A stretch of 30,991 nucleotides of DNA from a virus, in the IMG/VR virus record IMGVR_UViG_3300045988_126185, positions 1-30,991 of that record; one strand, written 5' to 3'. This document shows positions 1-7,637 of the stretch, one piece after another; positions within the stretch are counted from its first letter, which is position 1, and every line of letters starts with the position of its first letter. A program made the position numbers and the translations under genes. Under the pieces are notes generated by a model. It worked only from the letters and a program-made list of their open reading frames with translations, had not been told where the DNA came from and ran no database searches.

Positions 1-119
1 AGATTTTATAAATAATAATTTAAACTTGATATTAAGTATATTAGGAACAATTTTAACTGCTGTTGGTGGTTATATAGCTAAATTATATAAAAAGTATATA
101 AATGATAAACAAAAAAAAC
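1..119. repeat. Terminal direct repeat: bases 1-119 are identical to 30873-30991. This is consistent with an assembly overlap of a circular or terminally redundant genome.
   Basis: Exact sequence identity of window start and window end, read directly. Confidence 0.9.
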
Positions 120-319
120 AAATAGTTGAAGATACCGTTAAATATGTTGAACAAATAACAAAAGATATTTCTATATCTAGTGAAAATAAATTCAAAAAAT
201 GTAAAACAAAAGCTATTGAATGGTTAAATTCAAAAAATATAAAATTTAGTGATACTGAATTAGAGGTATTAATAGAAAGTGCCGTAAATGGCTTTAATAA
301 TTCTATTAATAAAAAATAA
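1..319 (+). CDS. Holin, 3' portion. The gene starts at 30868 and continues through the terminal repeat, giving about 107 aa in full.
   Basis: Small protein with a hydrophobic TM segment (LILSILGTILTAVGGYIA). It sits immediately upstream of the endolysin, and its N-terminus is found at 30868 preceded by an RBS (GGAGGAATAAT). Confidence 0.6.
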   Translation, partial: DFINNNLNLILSILGTILTAVGGYIAKLYKKYINDKQKKQIVEDTVKYVEQITKDISISSENKFKKCKTKAIEWLNSKNIKFSDTELEVLIESAVNGFNNSINKK

Positions 320-327
320 AGGAGTGA

Positions 328-1182
328 ATGAAAATGGAAATTAAAGAAAAATTAACTAAAGTAAATTATTGGCAAGGAAATGGTAATGGTGGAGCTAAAC
401 AAAATAAATATATAGTTATCCATTATGTTGGGGAAGTAAGCACTGCTTTAAATAATGCTAAGTATTTTGAAAATAGTTATAGAGGAGCTTCTGCACATTA
501 TTTTGTAGATGAAATTGATACTTATAGAGTAGTTAAAGATAGCGACTCTGCTTGGCATTGTGGTACTACAGGAGCTTATAAACACCCTGAATGTAGAAAT
601 ACAAACTCAATAGGTATTGAAATGTGTTGCTTTAACAATAATGGTACTTTAGATGTATCAAATAAAGTTGTTGAAAGAACAATAGAATTAACAAAAGAAT
701 TAATGGCAAAATATGGTATTAGTGCTGATAGAGTTTTAAGACATTATGATGTTACAGGTAAAAATTGTCCTGCTCCATTCGTTAGAGATGTTAATAGATG
801 GAATGATTTTAAAGCTAGAATAGGAGATACAAGCACACCAAGTGTTCCATCATCAAGTGGATGTGATCAAATTTTAAGAGTAGGTTCTGTAGTTAGAATT
901 GATAGACCATTAACAGTAACAGCAATAAGTGGTAATTTAATAGCTATTCAAGAATTAACTGGTAAACCTACTGCAAGTTATCATTGGTTCGACCCTACTA
1001 ATTTTGAGGTAGTTGAAGGGAATGTAGCTAAGCAAGTATGTTCAGTTGGTTGTAAAGTTAAATTACATGGAGAATATAGCGTTTTAGGTTTAGTAAAAAC
1101 TGAGGACTGGGCTTGTAAATTAAAAATAGGAAATAGAACTAATTGGGTATGGACTAATCCATGCTATGAAGTAAAAGACTAG
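328..1182 (+). CDS. Endolysin: N-acetylmuramoyl-L-alanine amidase (Amidase_2/PGRP-type catalytic domain) with a C-terminal cell-wall-binding region.
   Basis: Amidase_2 motifs (HYVGE, AHYFVD, SAWHCG, NSIGIEMC). RBS GGAGTGAATGAAA precedes the ATG, and the position follows the holin. Confidence 0.8.
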   Translation: MKMEIKEKLTKVNYWQGNGNGGAKQNKYIVIHYVGEVSTALNNAKYFENSYRGASAHYFVDEIDTYRVVKDSDSAWHCGTTGAYKHPECRNTNSIGIEMCCFNNNGTLDVSNKVVERTIELTKELMAKYGISADRVLRHYDVTGKNCPAPFVRDVNRWNDFKARIGDTSTPSVPSSSGCDQILRVGSVVRIDRPLTVTAISGNLIAIQELTGKPTASYHWFDPTNFEVVEGNVAKQVCSVGCKVKLHGEYSVLGLVKTEDWACKLKIGNRTNWVWTNPCYEVKD

Positions 1183-1200
1183 AAAATTTCTAGTTTTTTT
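1179..1200 (+). terminator. Rho-independent terminator after the endolysin gene.
   Basis: Hairpin CTAGAAA-ATT-TCTAG followed by TTTTTTT. Confidence 0.6.
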
Positions 1201-1230
1201 AATTTATTTTAATATTTTTTCAAAAATGTA

Positions 1231-1259
1231 TTGACAAAGTAATTACAATAGCGTATAAT
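1231..1259 (+). promoter_or_regulatory. Sigma-A type promoter P1 (TTGACA, 17-nt spacer, TATAAT) driving the early ORFan block.
   Basis: Exact consensus -35 at 1231-1236 and -10 at 1254-1259 with a 17-nt spacer. Confidence 0.7.
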
Positions 1260-1292
1260 CATAAGTGAAGTTAAGGGAAGGAGAAAAGAAAA

Positions 1293-1505
1293 ATGGAAAT
1301 TAACATGAAAAATTACAATTTAGAAAGTTTTAAAGAAAAAGATATTTATAGTTGGGAGGAGATAATAAGTATTATAGAAGACTTAGAATGTGAACTTCAT
1401 ATAAAAGAAGAAAAAATTGAAGAATTAGAAAATGATTTAGAAAGTAATTATAAAAAAATTTCACTAGCTGAACAATATGATATAAGTGATAGAGATTTTA
1501 TATAG
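1293..1505 (+). CDS. Hypothetical early protein (70 aa, acidic, coiled-coil-like).
   Basis: ORF with RBS GGGAAGGAG, first gene after P1. Confidence 0.5.
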   Translation: MEINMKNYNLESFKEKDIYSWEEIISIIEDLECELHIKEEKIEELENDLESNYKKISLAEQYDISDRDFI

Positions 1506-1517
1506 GAGGGAAATATA

Positions 1518-1637
1518 ATGGAAGAATTAAATAAAGAAATTGAAAGAGTCAAAATTGTGTTAGAAAATTATCTAACACAATATGACAACACAAAAGAAGA
1601 AATAGTAAAAGAAATAATAGAAAGAAGGAATAAATAA
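1518..1637 (+). CDS. Hypothetical small protein (39 aa).
   Basis: ATG preceded by TAGGAGGG; not in the ORF track because it is under 60 aa. Confidence 0.35.
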   Translation: MEELNKEIERVKIVLENYLTQYDNTKEEIVKEIIERRNK

Positions 1638-1933
1638 TGTTAAATCAAATAGTATTAGTTGGTCGATTAGTTCAAGACCCTGAAATAAAAGAACTAGAAA
1701 AGGTTGGCTATATAACTTTAGCAGTATCAAGAAGTTATAAAAATGCAAATGGAGAATATGATACTGATTTTATACCAGTTACTTTATTTAAAGGCATAGC
1801 TGAAAACACAAAAGTTTATTGTAAAAAAGGCGATATGGTTGATGTTAGAGGAAGAATAGAATGTGAAAATGGCAAAATAAATTTAATAGCCGAAAAAGTA
1901 TCGTTTTTATCAAGTAGAAAGGAAAGTGAATAA
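1637..1933 (+). CDS. SSB-like OB-fold protein, short form (98 aa) lacking an acidic C-terminal tail.
   Basis: N-terminus MLNQIVLVGRLVQDPE...DFIPVT...AEN...KKGDMVDVRGR matches the SSB signature. Confidence 0.6.
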   Translation: MLNQIVLVGRLVQDPEIKELEKVGYITLAVSRSYKNANGEYDTDFIPVTLFKGIAENTKVYCKKGDMVDVRGRIECENGKINLIAEKVSFLSSRKESE

Positions 1934-2151
1934 TGAAAACATCAAGAACATTTAGATTATCATCTTTTGTTGATAATACTTTAAAAAATATAAATTCTAA
2001 GTTAGGAATTAAAAAAACAACAATGATAGAATTATCAGTTATTGAAAAATCACAAAGAATGGGCTTTCTAACGCAAAATAGCGACGACGCTATAAAATGT
2101 ATAGATGAAATGATAAAAGCCCTAGAAACGGCTAAAAATAGGCTAAAATAG
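1933..2151 (+). CDS. Hypothetical protein (72 aa).
   Basis: ORF coupled by ATGA overlap to the upstream gene. Confidence 0.45.
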   Translation: MKTSRTFRLSSFVDNTLKNINSKLGIKKTTMIELSVIEKSQRMGFLTQNSDDAIKCIDEMIKALETAKNRLK

Positions 2152-2172
2152 TAAGATAAGGAGAATAAAAGA

Positions 2173-2415
2173 ATGAAAAAGAAAAGTTTAGAAGAAGTTT
2201 TAAAAGAAAATAAAAAAACTTATAGAGAAAGATTAGAAGAGCAAAGAAAACAAGCTCACAAGGAAAATATTAAAGAAACTATATTATTTTGGTTTGTTGC
2301 TATGTTTATAATAATAAGTACTATAATAATGTTAAATAATCTAAATTCAAAAGATATTAGTAGATGTGAAAAGATAGGATATAGTAAGAGTATATGCAAC
2401 ACCAACATAAAATAA
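2173..2415 (+). CDS. Hypothetical membrane protein (80 aa, one TM).
   Basis: RBS AAGGAG; hydrophobic segment ILFWFVAMFIIISTIIML. Confidence 0.45.
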   Translation: MKKKSLEEVLKENKKTYRERLEEQRKQAHKENIKETILFWFVAMFIIISTIIMLNNLNSKDISRCEKIGYSKSICNTNIK

Positions 2416-2588
2416 ATAATAAAATAGAATTAGAACAAGAACGTTTAGCTAAAATGAAATATTTATGTTCGAATATTCAAATGACATTAGAAAAGTACTT
2501 AAATATAAATAAAAAAATAGAACAAAAACAAGATAAAATAAATTTTCTTATAAAACTAAAAAAAGAGCTTGAAAAAATAGGGGAATGA
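2394..2588 (+). CDS. Hypothetical protein (64 aa).
   Basis: ORF overlapping its neighbours; coiled-coil-like. Confidence 0.3.
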   Translation: MQHQHKINNKIELEQERLAKMKYLCSNIQMTLEKYLNINKKIEQKQDKINFLIKLKKELEKIGE

Positions 2589-3214
2589 AAATGAAAAGAA
2601 AACTTAAAAAATGGGTTAAAATTTTAATTTTTATACTATTAATTATATTGATAATTATATTATTATTTTTCATTAAAAAAATAAATGTAAAAGAGCCAAT
2701 AAAAGAAAAAAATATAAATATAAAATATAAAAAGCATATTTATACAAATGAAAATTATCAATTACAAAATGAAATAGATAATTATTTAGAACAAAAAAGA
2801 ATTGAAGAAATTAAAAGAAAAGAAGAAGAAATAAAAAGATTAAATTCTATGAAAACTTATGAAACAAGATTAACGAGTTATTATTTAGGAGATAATACAG
2901 AAACAACGACTAAAACTGGTAGTGGATTAGATATTTACGATTTTGAAGTTAATAATAATGGTTGGTATACTTATCAAGGAAAGTTAGTTGTTGCGACTGC
3001 TACAAATTATCTTATAAAATATGGATTTGTATTAGGAGAAAATATTAAAACATATAAATATTATGATGAATTGGTTTTAAATATAGATGGTATTGATTAT
3101 CAAGCAATAGTTTTAGATAGCTGTGGTAGTTCAATGAAAACTGGAAGAATAGACTTGTTTGTTTCAAATAAAGAAAGTGTAAAAGATACAAAAATAATAG
3201 TAAAGGAGAAATAA
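2585..3214 (+). CDS. Membrane-anchored 3D-domain protein, a candidate peptidoglycan-binding or lytic-transglycosylase-like protein (YocH/MltA 3D family).
   Basis: N-terminal TM (ILIFILLIILIIILLFFI). C-terminal YYLGDNTETTTKTGSG...IVLDSCGSSMKTGRIDLFV resembles the 3D-domain Asp motifs. Confidence 0.5.
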   Translation: MKMKRKLKKWVKILIFILLIILIIILLFFIKKINVKEPIKEKNINIKYKKHIYTNENYQLQNEIDNYLEQKRIEEIKRKEEEIKRLNSMKTYETRLTSYYLGDNTETTTKTGSGLDIYDFEVNNNGWYTYQGKLVVATATNYLIKYGFVLGENIKTYKYYDELVLNIDGIDYQAIVLDSCGSSMKTGRIDLFVSNKESVKDTKIIVKEK

Positions 3215-3215
3215 A

Positions 3216-3428
3216 ATGTATAGAGATTTAGAAAGTAATTATGAAGAATATTTAGAAAAATCATATGAGAATGAAACAACATGTGAATTAATAAATAATT
3301 TAGAAAAAATAGATAAACAAAGAAAACAATTGGATAAAGAAGAATTATATATTATTAAAGAATTATGGAAGAGAATACCTAGTCTAAAAAAAGAAGAGTT
3401 GTTTCAACCAAAAGTAAAGGAGAAATAA
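3216..3428 (+). CDS. Hypothetical protein (70 aa).
   Basis: ORF with RBS AAGGAG. Confidence 0.4.
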   Translation: MYRDLESNYEEYLEKSYENETTCELINNLEKIDKQRKQLDKEELYIIKELWKRIPSLKKEELFQPKVKEK

Positions 3429-3432
3429 GAAT

Positions 3433-3639
3433 ATGGACGATAGAACAATAGAAGAAATTAGAAAAAATGAAACTAAACTTATAAATGAAATTAAAGTATT
3501 AGAACAACAATGTCAAAAACAAAAAGAAGTTATTGATAATATTAAAAAATGCTTTGATGATGGACATTTTGAAGATGATTGTGATTGTTTAATAATAGAA
3601 AAATATATAGATAATTATTTAAAAGAGGTATCAGAATGA
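3433..3639 (+). CDS. Hypothetical protein (68 aa).
   Basis: ORF with RBS AAGGAG. Confidence 0.4.
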   Translation: MDDRTIEEIRKNETKLINEIKVLEQQCQKQKEVIDNIKKCFDDGHFEDDCDCLIIEKYIDNYLKEVSE

Positions 3640-3968
3640 ACGATAAATGTAAATATTGTGATTATGTTTCTAAATGTTCAAGAATATGTGAATATAATAG
3701 TATTCTATGTAGAGCACAAAGGAGTTTTCCAAAAGTAGTAGATAAATCTTATGAACAATTAAAACAAGAAAACCAACAACTAAAAGATAATTGGAATACG
3801 TTAAAAGAATATATAAAAGAAACTAAATTAAAGGAATTTGAAAAATCGTATGGTAAAAGATATGGTAAAAGATATGGGAAAACATTTACTCAAGCAGAAG
3901 TAGTAGTGTGTAATATGATTTTAGGTAAAATGCAAAAAATAGAACAAGGAAGTGATAGCAATGAATAG
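3636..3968 (+). CDS. Hypothetical Cys-rich protein (putative zinc-binding N-terminus, CKYCDYVSKCSRICEY), with a KRYG tandem repeat.
   Basis: ORF; 12-nt tandem repeat tatggtaaaaga at about 3841-3880. Confidence 0.4.
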   Translation: MNDKCKYCDYVSKCSRICEYNSILCRAQRSFPKVVDKSYEQLKQENQQLKDNWNTLKEYIKETKLKEFEKSYGKRYGKRYGKTFTQAEVVVCNMILGKMQKIEQGSDSNE

Positions 3969-4326
3969 AAGAATTAAAAAATTTATAAATAAATGTTATA
4001 ACAAAGAAAAAGATGCTTATTGTTGGATTAATACTAACAAAAAATTATCAGATGAAGAATTATCCGATATAGAAAAATATTTTAATGACAAAAATTATAA
4101 CTTCATGTTGATTATTAATGGTTGTTCACAATTAAGACCACAAAGAACATGTGGAACATTACCAACATTTTTAAAAGGAATTGATGGATGTCATACTATA
4201 TTTAAAAGTTCTTCAAATGCATTTATATTGTGCAGTTGGTTAGAGGATTATGATGAATATAAAGATGATATTAAAGAGTTGTTAGATTTACCTGATATTT
4301 TAGAAGTTAAAGCATTAAGGAAGTGA
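3952..4326 (+). CDS. Hypothetical protein (124 aa).
   Basis: ORF. Confidence 0.4.
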   Translation: MIAMNRRIKKFINKCYNKEKDAYCWINTNKKLSDEELSDIEKYFNDKNYNFMLIINGCSQLRPQRTCGTLPTFLKGIDGCHTIFKSSSNAFILCSWLEDYDEYKDDIKELLDLPDILEVKALRK

Positions 4327-4634
4327 TAGTAATGAATAAAGAAGATACATTAAAACAAATATGTAAAATGATTTCTAGTGGTGATATACCAAAAGTAGTA
4401 TATGATAAATATTTATCTAAAACACAATTGGGATTTATGAATTATGAAGAATTATATGATTTTTTAATGAACAAAACCAAAAAATACGAAGAAGTAATTG
4501 ATAAAATACAAAAACATTGTGAAATAGAAATAAATGCTTCTAATTATTATTTAAAAAATCATAATAGCCAAAAAGAATTATGTCATAAAGTTGCCCATCA
4601 AATAATTTTAGATATTTTAAAAGAGGTTGAATAA
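4323..4634 (+). CDS. Hypothetical protein (103 aa).
   Basis: ORF, overlap-coupled. Confidence 0.4.
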   Translation: MIVMNKEDTLKQICKMISSGDIPKVVYDKYLSKTQLGFMNYEELYDFLMNKTKKYEEVIDKIQKHCEIEINASNYYLKNHNSQKELCHKVAHQIILDILKEVE

Positions 4635-4660
4635 ATGATTTATAAAGGAGATGATAAATA

Positions 4661-5041
4661 ATGAAATTAGAAATTGGGCAATTTGCTAGATTAAAAAGTG
4701 GTTATTCCGATGAATTAGGAATAGGTAAAATAGACTTTGTTGCTAATTGTGGAGTTGCAACAATAGATTTTAAAAATAAAAAATTAGGTGTATTTACTGA
4801 AGATATAATAAAAGTTAATTATAATATAATAGATTTAATTGAATTAGGAGATATTTTAGTTGATGACACAAATAGAAAATTAGAAGTTTTATCAATAGAT
4901 AATGAGTTAATGGTTAGAAATACAGGATTAATTTATGATAATAATTATTATTTACCGATAAAAAACATAGCAATTAAATCAGTCATAACACACGAGCAAA
5001 TGGAACAAATGGCTTATAAGGTAGGAGATGATAAAAAATAA
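4661..5041 (+). CDS. Hypothetical protein (126 aa).
   Basis: ORF with RBS AGGAG. Confidence 0.4.
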   Translation: MKLEIGQFARLKSGYSDELGIGKIDFVANCGVATIDFKNKKLGVFTEDIIKVNYNIIDLIELGDILVDDTNRKLEVLSIDNELMVRNTGLIYDNNYYLPIKNIAIKSVITHEQMEQMAYKVGDDKK

Positions 5042-5106
5042 TAAAATTATATTGTAAAAATATTTAAAATATATTATAATTTATTTAAGTTAGGAGGAAT
5101 TATAAT

Positions 5107-5799
5107 ATGGACAAAAAATCTTATTATGCTATAATACCAGCAAATGTAAGATATGATGATAATTTAAAAGATAAAGCTAAATTATTATATGGAGAAATAA
5201 CAGCTTTATGTAATGAAAAAGGATATTGTTGGGCAACAAATGAATATTTTGCTAATTTATACAATGTTAGCAAAACTACAATATCCACTTTGATTAAAAA
5301 TTTAATAGATAATGGATACATATATTCAAGTTTTATTTACAAAGAAAATTCAAAAGAAATTGATAAAAGAATATTAAGTATAACTAATGTACCCCCTTTA
5401 AAAAATTTTAAAGACCCCCTTAAAGAAAATTTAAAGACCCCTTTAAAAAATTTTAAAGACCCCCTTAAAGAAAATTTAAAGGATAATAATACAATTAATA
5501 ATACAATTAATAATAGTAATAGTTATTATTATATAGAAGAACAATTTGGAAGAACATTAGCACCTGTTGAATATACAAAAATTGATAAATGGAAAGAAAC
5601 TTTTTCAGATGATATTATTAATTATGCAACTGATATAGCTATATTAAATGGGGTTAAGAATTTTAATTATATTGATGGTATTATTAGAAACTGGAAAGAT
5701 AAAAATATAAAAAGCATTAAAGAATTAAAAAATGAAACTTTAATTGAAAAGTCAATAAAAAAAGAATTGTTTGATTACAATTGGTTAGAAGAAGAATAG
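5107..5799 (+). CDS. Replisome organizer or replication initiator (phage_rep_org_N-like wHTH N-terminus plus DnaD-like C-terminal domain).
   Basis: N-terminus YYAIIPANVRYD...LLYGEITALCNEKGYCWATNEYFANLYNVSKTTISTLIKNL. C-terminus DKWKETFSDDIINYATDIAI...NYIDGIIRNW is DnaD/DnaB_2-like. Internal direct repeats are present. Confidence 0.65.
   Translation: MDKKSYYAIIPANVRYDDNLKDKAKLLYGEITALCNEKGYCWATNEYFANLYNVSKTTISTLIKNLIDNGYIYSSFIYKENSKEIDKRILSITNVPPLKNFKDPLKENLKTPLKNFKDPLKENLKDNNTINNTINNSNSYYYIEEQFGRTLAPVEYTKIDKWKETFSDDIINYATDIAILNGVKNFNYIDGIIRNWKDKNIKSIKELKNETLIEKSIKKELFDYNWLEEE
5393..5481. repeat. Four tandem ~21-22-bp C-rich iterons (CCCC(C)TTTAAAAAATTTTAAAGAC alternating with CCCCTTAAAGAAAATTTAAAGAC) inside the replisome-organizer gene, followed by an AT-rich AATAATACAATTAAT x2 tract. 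Candidate origin of replication.
   Basis: Direct repeats read in the sequence. The poly-C runs are conspicuous in an AT-rich genome. Origins lie inside the initiator gene in lambda O and SPP1 gene 38. Confidence 0.5.
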
Positions 5800-5808
5800 A
5801 GGTTAAAT

Positions 5809-6009
5809 ATGGTAGATGATAAATTTGTAAATGATACGATTAGACAATTAAAATGTGGACATAGTTGTTATTTATTTAATCATGAACAAGTTAAGATTAT
5901 AAAAGAAAAATATAGTAAAAAAACGAAATTAGAATTAGAAATAAAAAAAGATGGAGAATATTTTATAGCTAAGCCATCTAAAGCAGTATTAAAAAGCCAA
6001 CATTATTAA
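5809..6009 (+). CDS. Hypothetical protein (66 aa).
   Basis: ORF with RBS AGAGGT. Confidence 0.4.
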   Translation: MVDDKFVNDTIRQLKCGHSCYLFNHEQVKIIKEKYSKKTKLELEIKKDGEYFIAKPSKAVLKSQHY

Positions 6010-6010
6010 T

Positions 6011-6039
6011 TTGACAAATTGATAATAAAGTAGTATAAT
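6011..6039 (+). promoter_or_regulatory. Sigma-A type promoter P2 (TTGACA-17-TATAAT) for the recombination module.
   Basis: Exact consensus hexamers at 6011-6016 and 6034-6039. Confidence 0.7.
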
Positions 6040-6043
6040 GTTA

Positions 6044-6134
6044 TTAGTGTACAGGTTAAAGTAGATTTATTGTAGACAAGAAAACCTGTACACACTAAAA
6101 TAATTTCTTGTTTACAATAAGTCTATTTTTTATT
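6044..6134 (+). promoter_or_regulatory. Structured leader with two mutually exclusive hairpins, A (6044-6057 with 6083-6098) and B (6062-6080 with 6107-6125). Hairpin B is followed by TTTTTTATT, so this is a terminator/antiterminator switch.
   Basis: Interleaved inverted repeats read directly. B has a 17/19-bp stem plus a U-tract. A encloses B's 5' arm in its loop. Confidence 0.5.
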
Positions 6135-6146
6135 AGGAGGGATAAT

Positions 6147-6743
6147 ATGAAAGGATTTGAAAACGTATCGGTAGAAGTTGCCGAAGATTTAATAGAATTA
6201 ATTAATTCTATGAAAGGTTTAGAAAAGAGTTCTAAAGTAGAATATTCTGTTCAAAACAAAAAAGGAGAATGGTCAAAAAAAACATTTAACTATGTACCAT
6301 TGGACGATATTTTAAACAAAATAAAAGAAAATAATAATTTTGCTGTAATGCAACCTATTGGAGTTGATGATAATGGTGTTAATGGAGTTAAATGTATTTT
6401 AATACATAAATCAGGACATATATTTGAAACTAATACATTTCCATTTACTTCAACTGGAAGCAGTAAAATTCAAGATGAGGGTGCAGAAATAACATATCGT
6501 AAGAGATATAGTATAGGAGCATTCTTAGGAATGGCTACTGATGAAGATACTGATGGAAACGACCCAGAAGCAAGTAATAGTAGTATAAGATTTGCAACTG
6601 AAAATCAATTAAAATTGATTAATAAATTAGATACAAATATAAAAAATAAAATTTTAGAAAAATATAAAATAACTAAAATTGAAGAATTAAATATTAAACA
6701 AGCAAGTGAAATTATTTCAAATATGAAAGGAGAAAATAAATAA
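6147..6743 (+). CDS. erf: ERF-family single-strand annealing protein (recombinase).
   Basis: RBS AGGAGGG 5 nt upstream. ITYRKRYSIGAFLGMATDEDTDGND resembles the ERF core motif and acidic tract. The track ORF from 6108 includes the leader. Confidence 0.55.
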   Translation: MKGFENVSVEVAEDLIELINSMKGLEKSSKVEYSVQNKKGEWSKKTFNYVPLDDILNKIKENNNFAVMQPIGVDDNGVNGVKCILIHKSGHIFETNTFPFTSTGSSKIQDEGAEITYRKRYSIGAFLGMATDEDTDGNDPEASNSSIRFATENQLKLINKLDTNIKNKILEKYKITKIEELNIKQASEIISNMKGENK

Positions 6744-7060
6744 TGGAAAATGAATTAATGATAGTAGAAAATAATGAATTAGAATTAACAAAAGAAGGAA
6801 TTAAATTTATAAAAAAAGTTCAAAAAGCAAAGGTTGAACTTGCTAAAATGGAAGAACAATTAAAAGATATGTTTAAAGAAAAAATGGAAGAAAACGGTAT
6901 TAAAAAATACACAAGCCCTGATGGTACATTTAAAGCTACTTATTACGAAGAAACTGTTACAAATAGATTTGATAGTACTAAGTTTAAAAAAGAAAATGAA
7001 GAGCTTTATAATCAATATTTAAAACCATATAAAAGAAGTTCTTACATAAAATTCAATTAA
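6743..7060 (+). CDS. Hypothetical protein (105 aa).
   Basis: ORF, ATGA-coupled. Confidence 0.45.
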   Translation: MENELMIVENNELELTKEGIKFIKKVQKAKVELAKMEEQLKDMFKEKMEENGIKKYTSPDGTFKATYYEETVTNRFDSTKFKKENEELYNQYLKPYKRSSYIKFN

Positions 7061-7061
7061 T

Positions 7062-7625
7062 GTGTTAGAATTTATAGAAGAAAGCCATACTTACATATTA
7101 AATGGGGAAATAATACCATCTGTAACACAAATATTACAAGACTTATTTCCTCTTAAATATGATGGTGTTCCACAAGAAATATTAGATAATAAGGCTGAAT
7201 ATGGAACACAACTACATAAATTTATAGAAATAATAGAAAAAAAGAAACCTAAAAAACCTTTAGCATATATAAAACGATATTATAAGCCAAATATATACCA
7301 AGAAGAGAGTTTAAAAGATTATTTAAAAATAAAAGAAAAATATAATATAGTTATTACTGACAGTGAAAAAAGAGTTCATTACAAAAATAAATACTGTGGA
7401 ACATTAGATTTAAAAGGCTATGTTAATAATAAAAGTGCTATAATTGATATAAAAACTATTTACAAATTAGATGAATTATATGTCAGTTGGCAAAATAGTA
7501 TGTATGAATTAGCAGATGGTAAAGTAGACGAATTATATTGCTTATGGTTACCAAAAGGAAGATTAGGAAAATTAATTAAATTAGAAAGAATAGATAAAAA
7601 ATATTTATTAGCAATAATAGAATAG
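7062..7625 (+). CDS. PD-(D/E)XK family nuclease, a putative recombination exonuclease (GTG start).
   Basis: N-terminus HTYILNGEIIPSVTQIL and CGTLDLKGY...IIDIKT (D...D/E-x-K motif); lies within the recombination module. Confidence 0.5.
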   Translation: MLEFIEESHTYILNGEIIPSVTQILQDLFPLKYDGVPQEILDNKAEYGTQLHKFIEIIEKKKPKKPLAYIKRYYKPNIYQEESLKDYLKIKEKYNIVITDSEKRVHYKNKYCGTLDLKGYVNNKSAIIDIKTIYKLDELYVSWQNSMYELADGKVDELYCLWLPKGRLGKLIKLERIDKKYLLAIIE

Positions 7626-7637
7626 GAGGAATAAAGA

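Noticed and set aside
5040-5106. A-T-rich tract with TTGTAA ... TTATAAT upstream of the replisome organizer, as a possible fifth promoter.
   Set aside because: Hexamers are non-consensus and spacing is off. Such matches are expected by chance in AT-rich DNA.
5393-5481. CRISPR-like array, because of regularly spaced repeats.
   Set aside because: The repeats are contiguous, with no spacers, are only ~21 bp, and lie in frame within a protein-coding gene. They are iterons or a coding repeat, not a CRISPR array.
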